A stretch of 64,000 bases of DNA from Eledone cirrhosa (lineage: Eukaryota). Position numbers and translations under genes: made by a program. The stretch's first letter is position 1. The number at the start of each line of letters is the position of its first letter. Positions 37,922-52,900 of this stretch are shown in pieces. The notes beneath the pieces are model-generated. The model saw only the letters and a program-made list of their open reading frames with translations. It was not told the DNA's origin and searched no databases. The DNA lies in contig OZ024758.1 in the NCBI GenBank assembly GCA_964016885.1, positions 10,788,001 to 10,852,000 of the forward strand. Direction: 5' to 3'.

Positions 37922-38018
37922 CAGGGTGTCCCAAAATGTCTACACACTCCAACAGCATTCTAATAAACATTGCCTGTACAGGTAATCAGGGTATGTATAC
38001 ATGTTTGGGGGCAACCTA
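37922..38018. mobile_element. Tc1/mariner-type MITE, relative of 18667-18750
   Basis: CAGGGTGTCCCAAAATG start; internal caacagcattc.aataa is the reverse complement of the 18667 copy's interior. Confidence 0.55.
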
Positions 38019-38044
38019 TATATATATATTTATATATATATATA

Positions 38045-38184
38045 TAATGAAGGAATTGTGGTAAGGAACCAGATGGACCATAACGCACCAGAGTACTGAA
38101 TACTTAGAGTAGTAGAGTGGGTAATAGGAAAAAGTATGACCCCGACGGCTTGAGCTCTGTCGTCGGGGTCATACTTTTTCCTAT
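38045..38184 (-). mobile_element. Family A element with shortened hairpin (38124-38184)
   Basis: ataggaaaaagtatgaccccgacggc...gtcgtcggggtcatactttttcctat plus tail. Confidence 0.8.
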
Positions 38185-40777
38185 ATATATATTATATATA
38201 AGGCAAGTGGCTTAGGTGTTAGTGTTTGGTTGACGGTCGTCAGTTCCTAAGTTCGGTTACCGCTGGTGTGTTGTATCCTCACGGAATACAATTAATTTCT
38301 TGTTGAAAACTAGAATAAAGTAAAGTAATAAAAACAATATAAAACAACAGCTTACATTTTTACTGTATATTTTATTATATTTCAAGTTAAGAACTCGTTT
38401 TCCGGGGCTGTGTGTATGTGTAAATGAAGGAAATAGTGTGATGGTGATGACGAATGGTTAGTAAATAACGCAGTTCAGGTTATTATGATATTAATGGATG
38501 CATATATACAGCTTATGTTCTTCTGGTACAAGAAGATACCTGTTTCACCTGTGGTGGTTGCTTGATTATATTTTCTTTGTTTTTTTTTTTCTACTGAAGA
38601 TATAACTAAATTGTTTTACGGTGTGCCCGCTGGAGTTAATCATTTTTGCAAGTGTTGATTACTGTCTGACACGGCGGCGAAATGAAGCAATGATGGATGA
38701 TTGTTTTTCAAACCATGAAAAACATAGATCGATATTTGTAGGTGTAGTTTCCGATTAATCGATCACAAAAAAAAGAAAAGATATGTTTTTCACACTAAAG
38801 TAACCTGAGGTTGATAGAGAAATGAAAAGGTTGTTTGAAATTCATGCTTTTTTCTGAGCACGTCTGCGATGTAAATAAGTGAAATGCAAAACGACTCTAT
38901 TTAACCTTGTTTTTCTTACACAAGGAATACAGTTATCTATTCATGGAATATTTAATCATTTTAAGCAACAAGTCGAAATAAATACTCTTTAATTGGAAAC
39001 GCTACCACTTTTGTCTATTTCTTCTCTCTATACGCTTCTTTTTCTTTTATCATTTGAACCCAGCATTTATATATTAGCTTCTTTATTTTGCTTTCAGTCT
39101 GAAAGCTTAAGGACGTGAAAAGATGAAGTAGAATTAGGACACAGAAATAGGCAAACGTGTCAATATTTGTTCAGTAGATTCTCTGCTAGCATCCATTGCA
39201 ATCGTATTGTTTAGTGGCACGTCTGTAAAAGTCAGAATGCTCTTGAAGCATCGCTTCCTAACACTTGAAAAGCCACAATCTACTCAATAAAACTTAACTT
39301 TCTTTCAGCCATTCCTTTCCTTTAACAGTGTTTATTCTTTGCATTATCATGTAACTTTATAATTAACAGTCTTTATTTTCCAATATTGAGGTGTATTTTG
39401 AAATGTCAATTCAATAAATGAAAGCATCAAAACATTAACAAAAAGAAGACATTGGTTTCTTATCGTAGTTAATATATAATAGATTTGAAAGTCTAAACTT
39501 ATAAGTTAGCATATGATACCCTTTCAACCACCATGGCTCCGCTGTGTCGGGAAAATAAGAAGCAGTTTCTGTAAACAGTGACGCTCTTTAATTTTGGCGG
39601 CGCCAACTTAAAGAAATCTCTCAATTAATTTTCCTTAAACATGTATCTCTCTCTCTCTCCCTCTTTCTCTTTCTCTCTCTCTCTCTCTCTCTCTAAATAA
39701 ATAAATAAATAAACACTTGGTAAACACAGATCTGTGCTGAGGGTACTCTCGAACTCCGTCTATGAATGCAGGAGCTGAGGGCTCATCAGGTGGTGAACTA
39801 ACGTTGTAGATGTTTCCGCCCCTTCCAACGCAACACCAGAGTTTTATGGGGCCACCCACCCATGTAGGCGACAAAACTTCTCCACGACAACAGCACAATC
39901 TTAGGTGTGTAACATGTTTGGAATCCGTCCACCTCAACGCTCCAGAACAGCATGAAATGTGATGGGTCTGGTGTTATAACTGAACGAGATATCTTCATCT
40001 AGTTCAATGTGTCAGTTGAACCATTCATCTCCTCGTTACTCTGTTGGAAGCAATTCGGATAAAACCTCGGGTTTAACTTCGCTCAATCACCTTACCCGAC
40101 ATGGGCCTGAAAAAACAAAAAAGGCATTTGTCACTTCTCCCTCACTTCTGATGAAAGCTTTGAAACCATGAGCACTACATTTAAGAAATATGCCAATAAA
40201 TGATATTTCTATAATGAAAACCTTACAAATAAATTACCTTGAGATGAACAAATAGAATATTCCCTTGGATGTCGTCCGTTACGATCACCACTCACACCGA
40301 CCCATAATCGATTGTATAACATATTCAGCAGTAAATAATTCTATAACGTTAATATTCTTATTAACGCCTTAAGACTTTCTTAATGCTGAAACCTGAGTCA
40401 TATGCTTGGTAAATGAATTCCATTATTTCTCTTCCAGCATTCATTTAACTCCAATCAAGCTCTGCTTAGTAGTGTAAAGAAAAAAAATCATTTTTTTTTT
40501 CTCGATCAGAACTTGAAAAGGAAATTGCGAATAAGAGGTGTCAGGGACTCCAACTTATCAAAGATGGAGGTAATTAAATAAAGCGGAGGAAAGGAGACAG
40601 AATGAGAGTGCGTGAAAGAGAAGGGGAAACGTCCAATTAATCTTGCGTAATGACTTTATAAAGTTCTAATTAGAAATTAGTGTTAGAATTTGCAGAGAAG
40701 TATATATTGATTTCTAAAGACAAAGTCAGAGTAATTACTTATGGTAAATCTAAGTGTCTTGACCATAGATACCGCAA

Positions 40778-40848
<71 letters not shown>

Positions 40849-41568
40849 CTACACACACTCACCTATTATACACTTACAATATAACCGTCTGCAGCTCTTT
40901 TTATTAATTCGTTCAGAAACAAACACACTCTGCGACCCCCCCCCCCCGCCATCTCTTTTTCTCAATATAATTCTTACCACTTAACTGATCCTGTCACTGT
41001 GGAACACTCTCCCCGCCATCTCTTCTTCCCTTTCTCCTTTTTCATTACTTGCTCCATTTTTCTCCTTCTCTTCTTTAGCTCTGACAAACTTTCACTCGTC
41101 GTCTTTTCCTGTCATCCTCACTTCCTGTTTCTGCTACTCCTATTCTCTTTACTTCCGGGTTCTCTTTACTTTCTTTTCCCATTGATCATGAATGAAACAA
41201 GACGGGTCCTCTCCCTTATTACACATAAACCATTATTTCCCTACATGTTATCGTTCACCTCTTGTTACACTCTTCTTTGAAGTCTAATTGCTTTTGTTTT
41301 AGTTAACCTCAGTTGAAAGATGTTATTGTCAATGTCACTTTTTATTCCTTTTCTCCTGACGTATGACATGTTCTATTTTCTTCCTTGTATTACGTTTATC
41401 TGTCTTTCCCTGTTTATCGTATTTCTACTTTGTCATTATATAATGGTCATTGGTTCTGAGCCAAGCAGGGCCATTATTCACAGAACCGAAATTATGTTTG
41501 AGACTCGAGAGTAGCTGATGACAGGAATGTACTTGTCTGTCCCCTTTGTTTATATTCACTGCGGGTGC

Positions 41569-41640
<72 letters not shown>

Positions 41641-41773
41641 AGAGAGAGAGAGAGGGTATGCGTGTGTGGTTATGCATTTATATATCTCTAATTCAACGGA
41701 AGTTTATATAGCTATATATTAATATTCATAACTGTAAACGTGCTTTTGAATCGTTTAGATTTAAAGGCAATCT

Positions 41774-41838
<65 letters not shown>

Positions 41839-42416
41839 GTATGTGTTTAGGAGTGTGTGCCACATACTGATTTCTTGATGAAAATGATAATACAACATTT
41901 AGTTGGAATAAACTTTTATGTAATCTATAAAATATTCGTAAAGATTTCGAAAAGAATTATACATTACAATAGAAAAAACACAAATATTGTACGTGATTAA
42001 AAAATACATTCTAAGCTCTTCCCTCAGGCAGAACCGCCATTTTTCAGGTCTATTAGAGACGTGTGATAGGTTAAACTTTAGATAGCAATACAAGGGAGGT
42101 AAGTGGGGCATACTTCAATTTTTTTTCTTTTCCTCTCTAGAAACCATTGTGGATTCCAATTGGAAATTGATAACCGTCACCATTCCATAAATTAATAGAT
42201 TTATCTACATTTATATATTCTCTGTTGCTGCCGTGACATTTATTAAATGGCAAAGTAACACATTTTTTTGTAAAGATGTTCCATTGTATCTCATTTGGCG
42301 AGATATTATCAGCAATTCACAGTGTAATGGATTTTAAAAGCGTATTATATTTTTATTCTTCTCTGTTTATATACATATGTACATATACATATATACATAC
42401 ATAAATAAAATATACA

Positions 42417-42462
<46 letters not shown>

Positions 42463-42523
42463 CGGCAGGAAGAGGAGAAATGACTTGTATACATTTATGT
42501 ATGTATGTATAGATATACATGTT

Positions 42524-42562
<39 letters not shown>

Positions 42563-44484
42563 GTGTGTGTATGTGGGGGGGGGGGGGTATGCAAGTAAAC
42601 ATAAGCAACAAAGCAAAGAACACAGTACAATAAAGAAATTTGTTAGTTTAACGCTTGATAAATTAGGAAAAGAGTATTTACGTTTCGAAAATAAGTCCTT
42701 CATTAGAATATAGAAAGGATATAAGGAATGAACGCATGAACTACTGTTTAATACGAGGCAAATAACTCGTGGAATGTTGATATTCCAACTAAATAAATGA
42801 GGGGACATTGACAGTTATCACATAACTATACAATTATATCAGAAACTTCAGTTGATTTCTTTTCGCTACAAATCTGCAATAATTGATTTAGTGACGAAAG
42901 AGCGATCGCGTTTTCTCGTTAAGTCTGTTACTATAACATAAATAATATAAAGATTAAAATGTATTTTATATTATATATTTTAAGATCATATAATATTAAC
43001 ATTATATATTCATTACCAGATTAAAATGTGTTTTTTAATTCACGTTGTCAAAATTATTTATCATCAGATTAAAATATGGTTTATTTATTTCCTACTTTGT
43101 TACAAAACTTCTTTATCAATTATCACAATGTGAAGACGTATCCTGTTGTTTATGTCTATTTTTTCGTTCGTTCTGCATTTAAAAATAACATTTCAAATGA
43201 AAGACTAAATTAATATTTTTGTGTTATAGTTGTTCAGGTTTTGATATTCTTGATGTTGATATTTACTGTTATTTTTATAGTTTAAGATGGGAAAGTGAAA
43301 TCACATTATATTCTTTAGTAGGTTGTATTGTTTAATGTAAGGATGGGTTGATAAAAGAAACATTTGGCAATGGTTTCCAGCAGGTTGGATGACAGCATCA
43401 AGGTTCTATCGTGAAATAAAATAATAGAAATGATACAATTATTGAATAAAAACAACAACAATAATTGCTTCTGGCATTTTCATAATAATTGTTTTAATAC
43501 AAAACTATTAATGATTTAACTATAATGGTTTTAAACAAATAAAGGCGATGTTTTTATAGAATATTTTTTATCAGATGGACATTTTTGGTCAACTTTCATA
43601 ACCGTCATTTACAGCAAATCATGGTAATTTTTAGAATGAAGTTTTAAAACCTTTTTAACGTTTTATTAAATTGTGGTTTTCGAAGTTTTATATTTTCAAC
43701 ATCACTAATTAAGAATTTGCTCAACCCACAAAAAAAATCATTAATTACAATGATTCTTTAAAATTTTTAAATGATTTTTATTTTTCAGAATTGATTAAAG
43801 TAAAGGGATTTACACTTGCAATGCATTTATTTGACTACGAATATTTTGTATTCCAAGTTTTTATTTACTGTTGAAAACATTATTTATTTTCACAGTGAAA
43901 ACAATTTACTGTTTAACTTTCACTTATAGTCACAAATATAATTATAAATGCAAATATAACATTAATACACACCAAATAAAGATATATTTATATTTTTAAA
44001 AAGTATATCTGTATATCCCCTAACCATTATCAGTTACTGGCTAAAATGTTTACATTTCATTGATTCTATTATCTAGAATATTCTTTGCTGATTCTGTATA
44101 CCTTGTATGTGTTTCTGGTTATAAATAAATCTAAAACAAACCATAAATTGTTGAATAAAGTCGGTCAATGTCACCCTCCTGTTACAACTTCTGCATATAA
44201 ATAAAACTTTCAGCTGCCTCCATTTATACGCTGCAAATCTACCACTTTAGTACTGACACATTATCACGGCTTGCCATTTTATAATTTAACACCAGCACAC
44301 ACTTAACTTGTGTAGGTTTGATTTATTTTCTCGCTTGTTAATTACCAAATGAATGTATTTTGAATTTATCCAGGAAATGAATGTTTCCAATGTAATGAGA
44401 AAATGTTCTGATCAGACGATTAATTGGTGTACTGATATCATTGATAGAGAGAATGAAAGAAACAAACAATGGAATCATATTGTT

Positions 44485-44539
<55 letters not shown>

Positions 44540-45032
44540 TACTCCAGCGTATCTGAATTGCTCATTAAAGAGATAAATCAGATGTCACACAGCCATTTAG
44601 TATTCTTAATAACAGCTCCTCCTATAATTTTGTACTGGATACATTATATATATATATATATTCACACAAAAAAACACACAAACATCCTGTAGATAAAGTA
44701 AATTGTTTTGGACTGTGGCTCCCTTACCATAAAAGAAGTCCGATGAGTCAGGTCCGATCGATACACATCGAACTTTGAGCTGATCAATCGCGCGAAACGC
44801 AGAGACAATGAACAAATAGCACAAGGAATTTTGTATTGCGCTCTAACAACACTTCCAATTTACCACCTAGGCTGTGATATGCATTAGTGTAACTGTGTAT
44901 AATACTCTGAAATGTGTAAAGCTTTAGGATGTATCATTACTTGTAATTTGTTAGACAATCAACATGTTAGTAAAAGTTCCTGGACAATTGTTCTCAATGA
45001 AGTATCTATGGTCCTGTCACTCCTGATATAAT

Positions 45033-45106
45033 CGTAGGGTCACCGTATTGACATACGGTGTTTCTTACACATTTTAAGCCCGCCGAAGCCCACCCCTCTC
45101 CAGGCC
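45033..45106 (+). repeat. Short GC-rich dispersed repeat; second copy 47946-48022
   Basis: cgtaggg..cgtattgacata..gg.gtttctt...cattttaagcc.g.cg.ag.cca.ccct...caggcc in both. Confidence 0.7.
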
Positions 45107-45169
45107 TGAGTACAGCAGATTTCTTCCGGAGAAAGATAGAAAGTGAGAGAGAGGAAATGAGAGAGATTT

Positions 45170-45330
45170 AGAGGAGGAATCGACCATAGTACGAGACTGG
45201 GACTTTTTTTCATCGACCTCGAAAGCATGAAAGGCAAAGTTGACCTCGGTGGGATTTGAACTCGGAGAGCAGACAGCCGGAACGAATAGCATAAAGCATT
45301 CTATCCGACGTGTTAACGACTCTTCTAATT
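45170..45330 (-). mobile_element. Older diverged SINE of the main superfamily (similar relics ~1800-1915, 3575-3730, 5930-6045, 13715-13860, 31960-32095, 46480-46537, 54365-54960)
   Basis: atcgacc..gaaag.atgaaaggcaaagttgacctcgg.gggatttgaactc motif. Confidence 0.7.
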
Positions 45331-46173
45331 GGCCACGTATTCTCAGCGAAGAGAGACAGCTAAATGTGGAGACACAAATTAAAGTGTGGTTCAAATAATG
45401 GTCTGAGAATCAACACAGTTGTTTGAAAATCTAAAGAGCTGATCTTATATGTAGCAGCTATTTAAACACCCACATTCGATTAGATCGATAATGTTTTCAC
45501 TCACTCCATTCGTAATTGTTTTGATCAAAGTAAACTAACCTATCAAGAGACATGAATACATTTCACTGGACGATTACATTGCAGCGATAGGGATGTCAAC
45601 TTATTACAACCCATCACCTCCACCACCCACGCAAAAGCATACATTTTCAACATTTATTATCTGTTCCGTAAAAAAAAAAAGACACATCTTAACTAGACTA
45701 CTAATTTTCCATTTATTCATGACAAAGGAATTCGTTTAATGTTCATATAACGCGACATGTCAGTCTAAGTGATATGCTAGCTACACCCTCTACAAACAAT
45801 GCTAGCAAAGTCCACATTAACTACAGTTCTTCAAACATGACATTTATCTGAACAATTCTAAGCCCGAAACTAATTATACGGAAAACAAATGTTTGATTCT
45901 GCTCAAGCTACCTGCCCATCATCATTGAAATGCACTCATATTAAGAAATGAAATGCGTCAAAATAATATATATTCATTAAGTAGGAATAATTTATTCTTC
46001 AGTATAATACAGTCATCAATATAAAGTAATTATAGATCATATTCAGAAAAATAACATGAAATAATATAATCACAACTATACAACAAAATAGATAAGCTTG
46101 TTACAAAGTAAAGATTGCACATACTAAAAAATCCTAAGGATACATAATTACACCTCATAAATATAAACGAATA

Positions 46174-46238
<65 letters not shown>

Positions 46239-47793
46239 AAGCAGAAACAAAAGTATAGACCCTATGTATATACAGTTTAAATTATAAACCAAACTATAAA
46301 TTCCTATATATAAAATACCTCGATACAATTTCCTCGCGGCAACGACAGAAAGCAAACAAAATTAACCATATGAAAACATAAAAGGAAGGAAACAATAAAA
46401 TACCACATACGTAATTTCTATCTACCATCATCAAATACACTTTGAATTAAACCCTTCATTATTTAATCCAATTCCCTGTGATATGAGTTCAAATCCCACC
46501 AAGGTCAACTTTCGGGGTCGATAAATACAATACCAGTTTATAGAAATTAGACGACTAGACAGTAGTAATGTCACTAGGCAATTGTTACATTTTTAGGTAC
46601 CTGTTATACCTTATATTCCTGTATAGAAAATGTGAATCGTATACTATCAGCTTTTAATGTAAAGAAATTCTCAATCTTTCCATATGGTTCTCTTGATTGA
46701 CTATTTATCGTTTGGTAAATACCTTCAGAAATACAAGTAGATAAATTAGTGAACACGACAGGTTTGTAATTTTCATTTGTTGTTAATGTGATATAGTATA
46801 ATGTTCTATATTAGCGTAGGTGTGGAGCTTAGTAACACAATTCTATAGTATTGTAATGTACTGTTTGAAGTGGTTTTACTCGGATATTGTCATGTATCAT
46901 TTCTGCTGATAATCTATGCTGCATTGCTACATACAGTGTTGCTTCAAATTAACTATTTCATTTGTTAACATTGAAAGCAATTACGTGATTTCATCTGACA
47001 ATGTATGGACGTAGGATCACTAATAATAAAATGTTGCTGGTTTTATGTTAGCTGTTGTTGTTGTTTTTACATGTTGAACAGTTAACTCTATTGCTACAGC
47101 TCTCTAAATCCAGTGTGGTTTATCTGATGTGTAAATAACTAAATTGGTGTTCAGATGAAAATTCAACAATGTTAACATATTTAATGCATGTGGTGTTAAT
47201 TAAAAACCACAAAATTTATGCAAAGTCATTAAATATTATTTTAATTATTTTAACAAACGCCGGACAAGTTTTGTTCTTCGTATGATCTCATTACATCACA
47301 AAGCGTGAAATTTATTGCCGTTTTCATTGGTATAATGATTGGAGAATGACTAGAATCCTGAATTAATTATTCAAGAAGGTACTCTACTTGGTGTAGGCAG
47401 TGGAAATAGTTTGGTCATTGATGGATCATCTACGTCCACAGGATTTCAATAATTACGATTCAGTTTGGTAAATGAATCATGTTCCGATATTTCTCAGTTT
47501 TTCTTTACATAAAGTATTGAAGCCTTTGAATCACATGGAAAGTTTATATTTACATTTTGTCTAAATTTAAAATATTTGTCTTCGCTAACCTTTAGTGCGG
47601 GCTATTGATTAAACCGGTATAGCTTCGGATTAAATGAGATTTGGTATATGTTCCTGCTCTGTCCGAGGTCAACTTTGTCTTTCAACCTTCAGGAAACTTT
47701 GTCTTTCAACCTTCAGGAAACTATAAACTAAAATACTATTCAACCACTAGTATCGATTTAACCGCCTTTCCCTTCTCCAAACGTGCACACCAC

Positions 47794-47845
47794 TTTCTTG
47801 GTACAAAATACTAACCCGTATGGGTTAGTATTTTGTACCAAGAAA
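47794..47845. repeat. Perfect 24-bp-arm hairpin
   Basis: tttcttggtacaaaatactaaccc-gtat-gggttagtattttgtaccaagaaa. Confidence 0.9.
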
Positions 47846-48890
47846 CTGCTATATCGTCTGTATTTTCATTGTTTTATCTCCTCAGATTTACATCACTGAT
47901 AACTAGATCTGCTACGGATGCTATGTTGTATGGTCTCGATTGAGACGTAGGGGCGTCGTATTGACATATGGCGGCGTTTCTTGGGCATTTTAAGCCTGGC
48001 GGAGTCCATCCCTCGTCAGGCCACGGATGCTATATACTAAAGTAATAACTATCCACTAATCGTTCAATATAAATCGGGTATTCTTTCATTAACTACAAGC
48101 TACTAGTCTTCAAATACGAAGTTTTCTGTTTAAATATGTCTGAAATCGTATCGTAGATGAAAGCTATCCAAGTCTTGATGCTCTTTGAAGTCTCCCAACT
48201 TTAACATATCTAGTTACGCTTTGTTCCCAATTAACGATCGCTCTACTTTACTATGGAACCCAGCGACAGCTGCACCGTTATTAAATACATGCAATTATGT
48301 TGCTAGAATAGTGTTTATCGTGTAAGTAGTCAAAGAACATCCAAAGAGGTCAGACTGATACACTTGATATTCACGAAACGGCGCTCAAATTAAAAATCGG
48401 ATGACCAAACACATCTGTCTTCTGTGAATTTGTTTGACACTTTTTATCGATTTTATTATTATATATAGATATCTGTACATATGTTCATATGTATATAAGT
48501 ATGTATATATATATTCTCATTTATGTACGTCTCTCGTTTTCTCTCCCTTTCCCTCATTACACACACACACAACTTATTTTCATTCTGCGATTTGACATGT
48601 TGATATGAAAGAACCTTGAATATTTTGAATGCACGGACGTAGCAGAGAACTAAAAAAAAACATTCTATGCTTTTGCAAATGCTTTATCTTCGATGGAGGG
48701 ATGGCTGAAGAAGTTTGTGTGTATTAGGGTATGTATATGTGTGTGCATGATTGCAGAAAAATAGGCTTTAGTTAACTATTTGAAATTTTTCGAATTTAGA
48801 CTTAAAAACTCTTGACTGGAATATTGCTGTTGTAAGCTTAAATATAAACCCATAGAAGCAGACAAACTCACACAAACGAAACACATACAA

Positions 48891-49077
48891 AATAATTATT
48901 TCTACTTTTGGCACAAGGCCAGTGATTATCCCAGTGCATTACTGGTACTTTATTTCATCGACCCCGTAAGGATGAAAGGCAAAGTAAACCTCGGCGGGAT
49001 TTGAACTCAGACCATAAAGGGCCGTAACTCTTTGCTGCAAAGCATGGCGTCCGACCCTCTACTGATACTGCCAATCC
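48891..49077 (-). mobile_element. Main SINE with 15-bp TSD
   Basis: TSD cacatacaaaataat at 48882-48896 and 49082-49096. Confidence 0.9.
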
Positions 49078-49819
49078 AAATCACATACAAAATAATATAC
49101 AAGAATACGCTCTTATTTTTCGATAGGTGTGTCCGTCAGTTTTCAAATCAACTTAATCTGTTAAGCTATTATTTCATTGAAAATCAATCAGCAAATTTTA
49201 TCAATCCTAAAACAAAAAACACACGAATTAAATAAATTCTAAGTTATACAAATACATCAACTATTTTCTATTGGGTGGTACTTATAAAGTTAATTCAGCT
49301 AGCCCAAACTTATCTAATTTTCTGTGAGTTTACTTTGATGACGTATGTTTATAATTTGGTTAGGAAGTAGTCTGTATATTGAGGTTATTTTCTGTTTTGG
49401 TGTGTGATTACACATAAAATTGCTGTGAGTAGATACATACATACAATATATTTAGCAGATTGAAGATAGACAATAGAAATTCGGAAATATATATGTTAAT
49501 TTTACATACAGAGAATTTGTCGTCTAAATTATTCGGACGTTCTCCACTGTACCTATATTTATCTATTTGCATTATGCATCTGTAGGTATTTCAAACTACA
49601 TTATATATATATATATATATATGTTTTTTAACCTGTCAGTTCTTTCGTTACTTTCGTATTGTATGGTTGGGTTTTGCCTACCGCAATTTTCAATTTGTCA
49701 AGCTATTTAAACGTATGTTATTACTCTAAGGACCTACCCTTATTGAGTGCTTTGCTACTCATTCCTTATTGTAGGTCGACTTTGCTTGGCCAAAGCTTCG
49801 ATTTTACTAAGCTTCCATT

Positions 49820-49856
<37 letters not shown>

Positions 49857-49860
<4 letters not shown>

Positions 49861-49983
49861 ATGGATTCAGTTTGAGACTGGTTAAATAATTACCGACCAG
49901 TATACTCGATACTCAGGGTAGTAGCATATGGTTATATTATAAAGAGTTGGAACTAGCTGTTGAAACGGCAAGAGGTCAGCCGT
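49857..49983 (-). mobile_element. Diverged family A-like element
   Basis: tactcgatactcagggtagtag resembles the tail and ggaactagctgttgaaacggcaagaggtcagccgt resembles the hammerhead half; (TA)n both sides. Confidence 0.55.
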
Positions 49984-52900
49984 ATATATATACTGTATAA
50001 TATATTCATTATCGAGACGAAGGTATGGCATATATGGATCGAATCTAATCGTTCGATTCCCTACCTGTTATCTGTTCAATGGGTGATTGACCTGCAAGAG
50101 AAACCTTCTCTAGATTTAACATCCCGCACAAATCTCACTGCTCCTATTTATCATTTTATCCTTCAGATAAAATTGCAATCGATGTTTTCCTTTTTCCATT
50201 AACACAAAATTTGTTTTAATGAATCTAACGTGGAAGTATGCAACTCAATAAAATTTAATTGCGATATTTTGGGGGCCTTATAATGAATGTTCTATGTTGA
50301 AGTAAAATTATAGAATTACGATCGTTGCTGAGAAAACTGTCTTCTTTGATTTCACGTCCTCTATTACATAATTTATTTAAAAATTGTTTCGTATTCAAAG
50401 TGAAATTGAAAATTACTTGAGATCAACATCTTTTTTTATTATCCAACCCAACCATTAGCAGATACTGCAAAGTAGAAGATTATTATTTGTGTATCTTTAT
50501 ATTTAAATATGGTAGATCGTGAAATTCATCGTTTGCGTCATTATTAATGAACAAACTTAAGAAATCCGCATCACTAATGCTTTCATCTTCAATAACCTAA
50601 TATTTTTAGTTGATTTAATTCAACGAAATTTTTTAATGTAACATTTTCTAATTCTAATTAAACTTTCAGCATGATCTTATATTATTATTTTAATTTTATG
50701 TCAGATTGAGTTTGATGTTTCTCTATTAAAGTTAGCGTGCAATAAATCAACCAACACTAAGAAGGGATAATGGGTCGATATTAACTATCCCAATTATGTT
50801 TGTTTACTGTGTAAATATATATTTATCATTGGGTATAAATGTGTTTACACGAATGGGACAGGCACCTGAACATCCCTTGGATGAATGTAGATATGAAAGT
50901 CATTGTAAAGGCAAAAACGAAGATATAGACGAAAAGTGGGAACCTAACCGTTCGTTAACTTATTTTTCAAATGAACCCTATATTTCTTAAAATATCCTTA
51001 GATTCTTCTGTATCCTGCGTTCAATTTATCGTAGTAAGCTAAAAGGCTTTGAAGGACTGAGCTAGAGCAAGGGTCCTTCTAGATGAGAAGAAAACATCAA
51101 TAATGAGAGATGTCCAACAGCCACATGATGTTAACATGAAACCCAGTGAAGGGGAACAAAGAAGAATAATTCCTGATAATGTCAGCTAGTTATATACAGA
51201 ATCTCTCTTTAAATTCTAATAGAATTTGCCCCTCCTAATTTCAGGATTATTCAAATAGATTACAGAATATTCATACAGTGATCGATCAAAATGATTGTTT
51301 CGATAGGAAATATTGACTTTTTTTTAACCTCATACCATATTGTGTCATATAACCTAATATTTTCTAAGTGTTTAAATAGGCCAACAGTGAATGAGGTCAC
51401 ACCATTTTACTGAAGATGGAATACGATTTCTCGGCTCTTTAACCCGGAGTCTGAACTCCTCTTCAATCTAGCAACCTGAGCATGCCCTCCAACATAATGA
51501 TACCATTGAAAACTTATTCTCCAGAAACTTATTTTCAAAATCACAGTCCAGTGTACTTCTGTCTATTTAGCTATTATACACATGAGGAAAAGTTCAATAA
51601 CATTACAACAAGTTAATGGAACAGTTAATGGAACAGTCTTATACTGTTTATACTGATATGAGGTGGGGACTTGGTCAGCTCTTTAGAAAGTCTGGTAGAA
51701 TGTTTTACCGTATTCGTTCAGATATTTTGCTTCCTAGATTCAAATCTTGTTGAGGTCGGTAAAGTAAGAAGCTAGTACTGAGGATTGATTCTCTCTCGCT
51801 TTTCCGCACATACCCAGGCAGGACAAACATGCTGTGTTCAAACGTGGAGATTTCTTTAACTGATACACTACACAGGTCTCTATTTCAATACTGGAGTAGG
51901 GTAATGTATAACAATTGTGCGTCAAAGTCCACTACTCTGCTATAAACCTTGGAAGATACACATTAAATTAACATCAGACAATACCATTTATAATCTCTCA
52001 AAAAGATATGGCCTTGTCTCTAACTACAAGAAGCCAATATATATTTATTTTTAAAGAATTTAATTATAAAGTGAAATTTTGAGTCATTAAAAACAGATTG
52101 AACAAATTTTTCAGGAAAAATTTGAAACAAAAATAACGATTTGTACTATATAATCTTGTTAGATTAATATAGATAAATCATTTTTATTACATTTTTACAT
52201 TCGTTCTACCTTTCGTTCTAAATTTCTGTCTCTCATCTTAGAAAACATAACTAATATTTGAAATTATATTATTGTTTTCTCATTTTCTCTATTATTTCGT
52301 ATTTTACCTTTTCCCTCTCTTTTTCTTTGTTGTCTTCTAGTTCTTCTTTCTCCTTTTCGTCTCTCCACTCTCTCAGTAATATATATATATAAGGGGGTAT
52401 TTACATATCTATGTGTGTGTGAGTATGCCCAAGTTGTAACCAAAACACATTCTTTAACGAAATATGACAGCTGATGACCATACAGCGTTTTCAGGAATTT
52501 TAATCGTCAATAGACATTATTACAGTAATAATATAAGAGTGAATGAACAGAAATAACGAAACACTTGAATATTAAATATAATAAAATATACATAAAAAAT
52601 AAACTGTCGGACAGTTAGAACGCATTTCTACAAAAAATAATTGTCTTTCGAAGCTGTTGACAAAACTAATTTGTGCATAAATGAAGTTAGTTAAGTTAAA
52701 TTTAAATATATTTCAATTTTTATTTCGTTAATTACAATGCGAAACTTAAATAAATTCTGTCAGAGATAATTGAACAAGATCCCACGAATGTTGTGAAAAG
52801 AATTTATCGATGTTTCTCAATTAATATTTCTTTTGTTATTTTTATCTCCCATTGTTCTTGAATTCTTTTATTGGTTTCAGTCTGTAGATTCTGGCCATGC

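Noticed and set aside
39775-39825. Type-II hammerhead on the minus strand (GGGGCGGAAAC...CTGATGAGCCC)
   Set aside because: Stem I cannot form and there is an extra G before GAAA
40143-40175. Hammerhead CTGATGA-AAGCTTT-GAAA
   Set aside because: Stem II too short to close and no NUH/stem I
43365-43410. Mariner transposase WFQQDG-like motif
   Set aside because: Needs frameshifts and has no supporting flanking motifs
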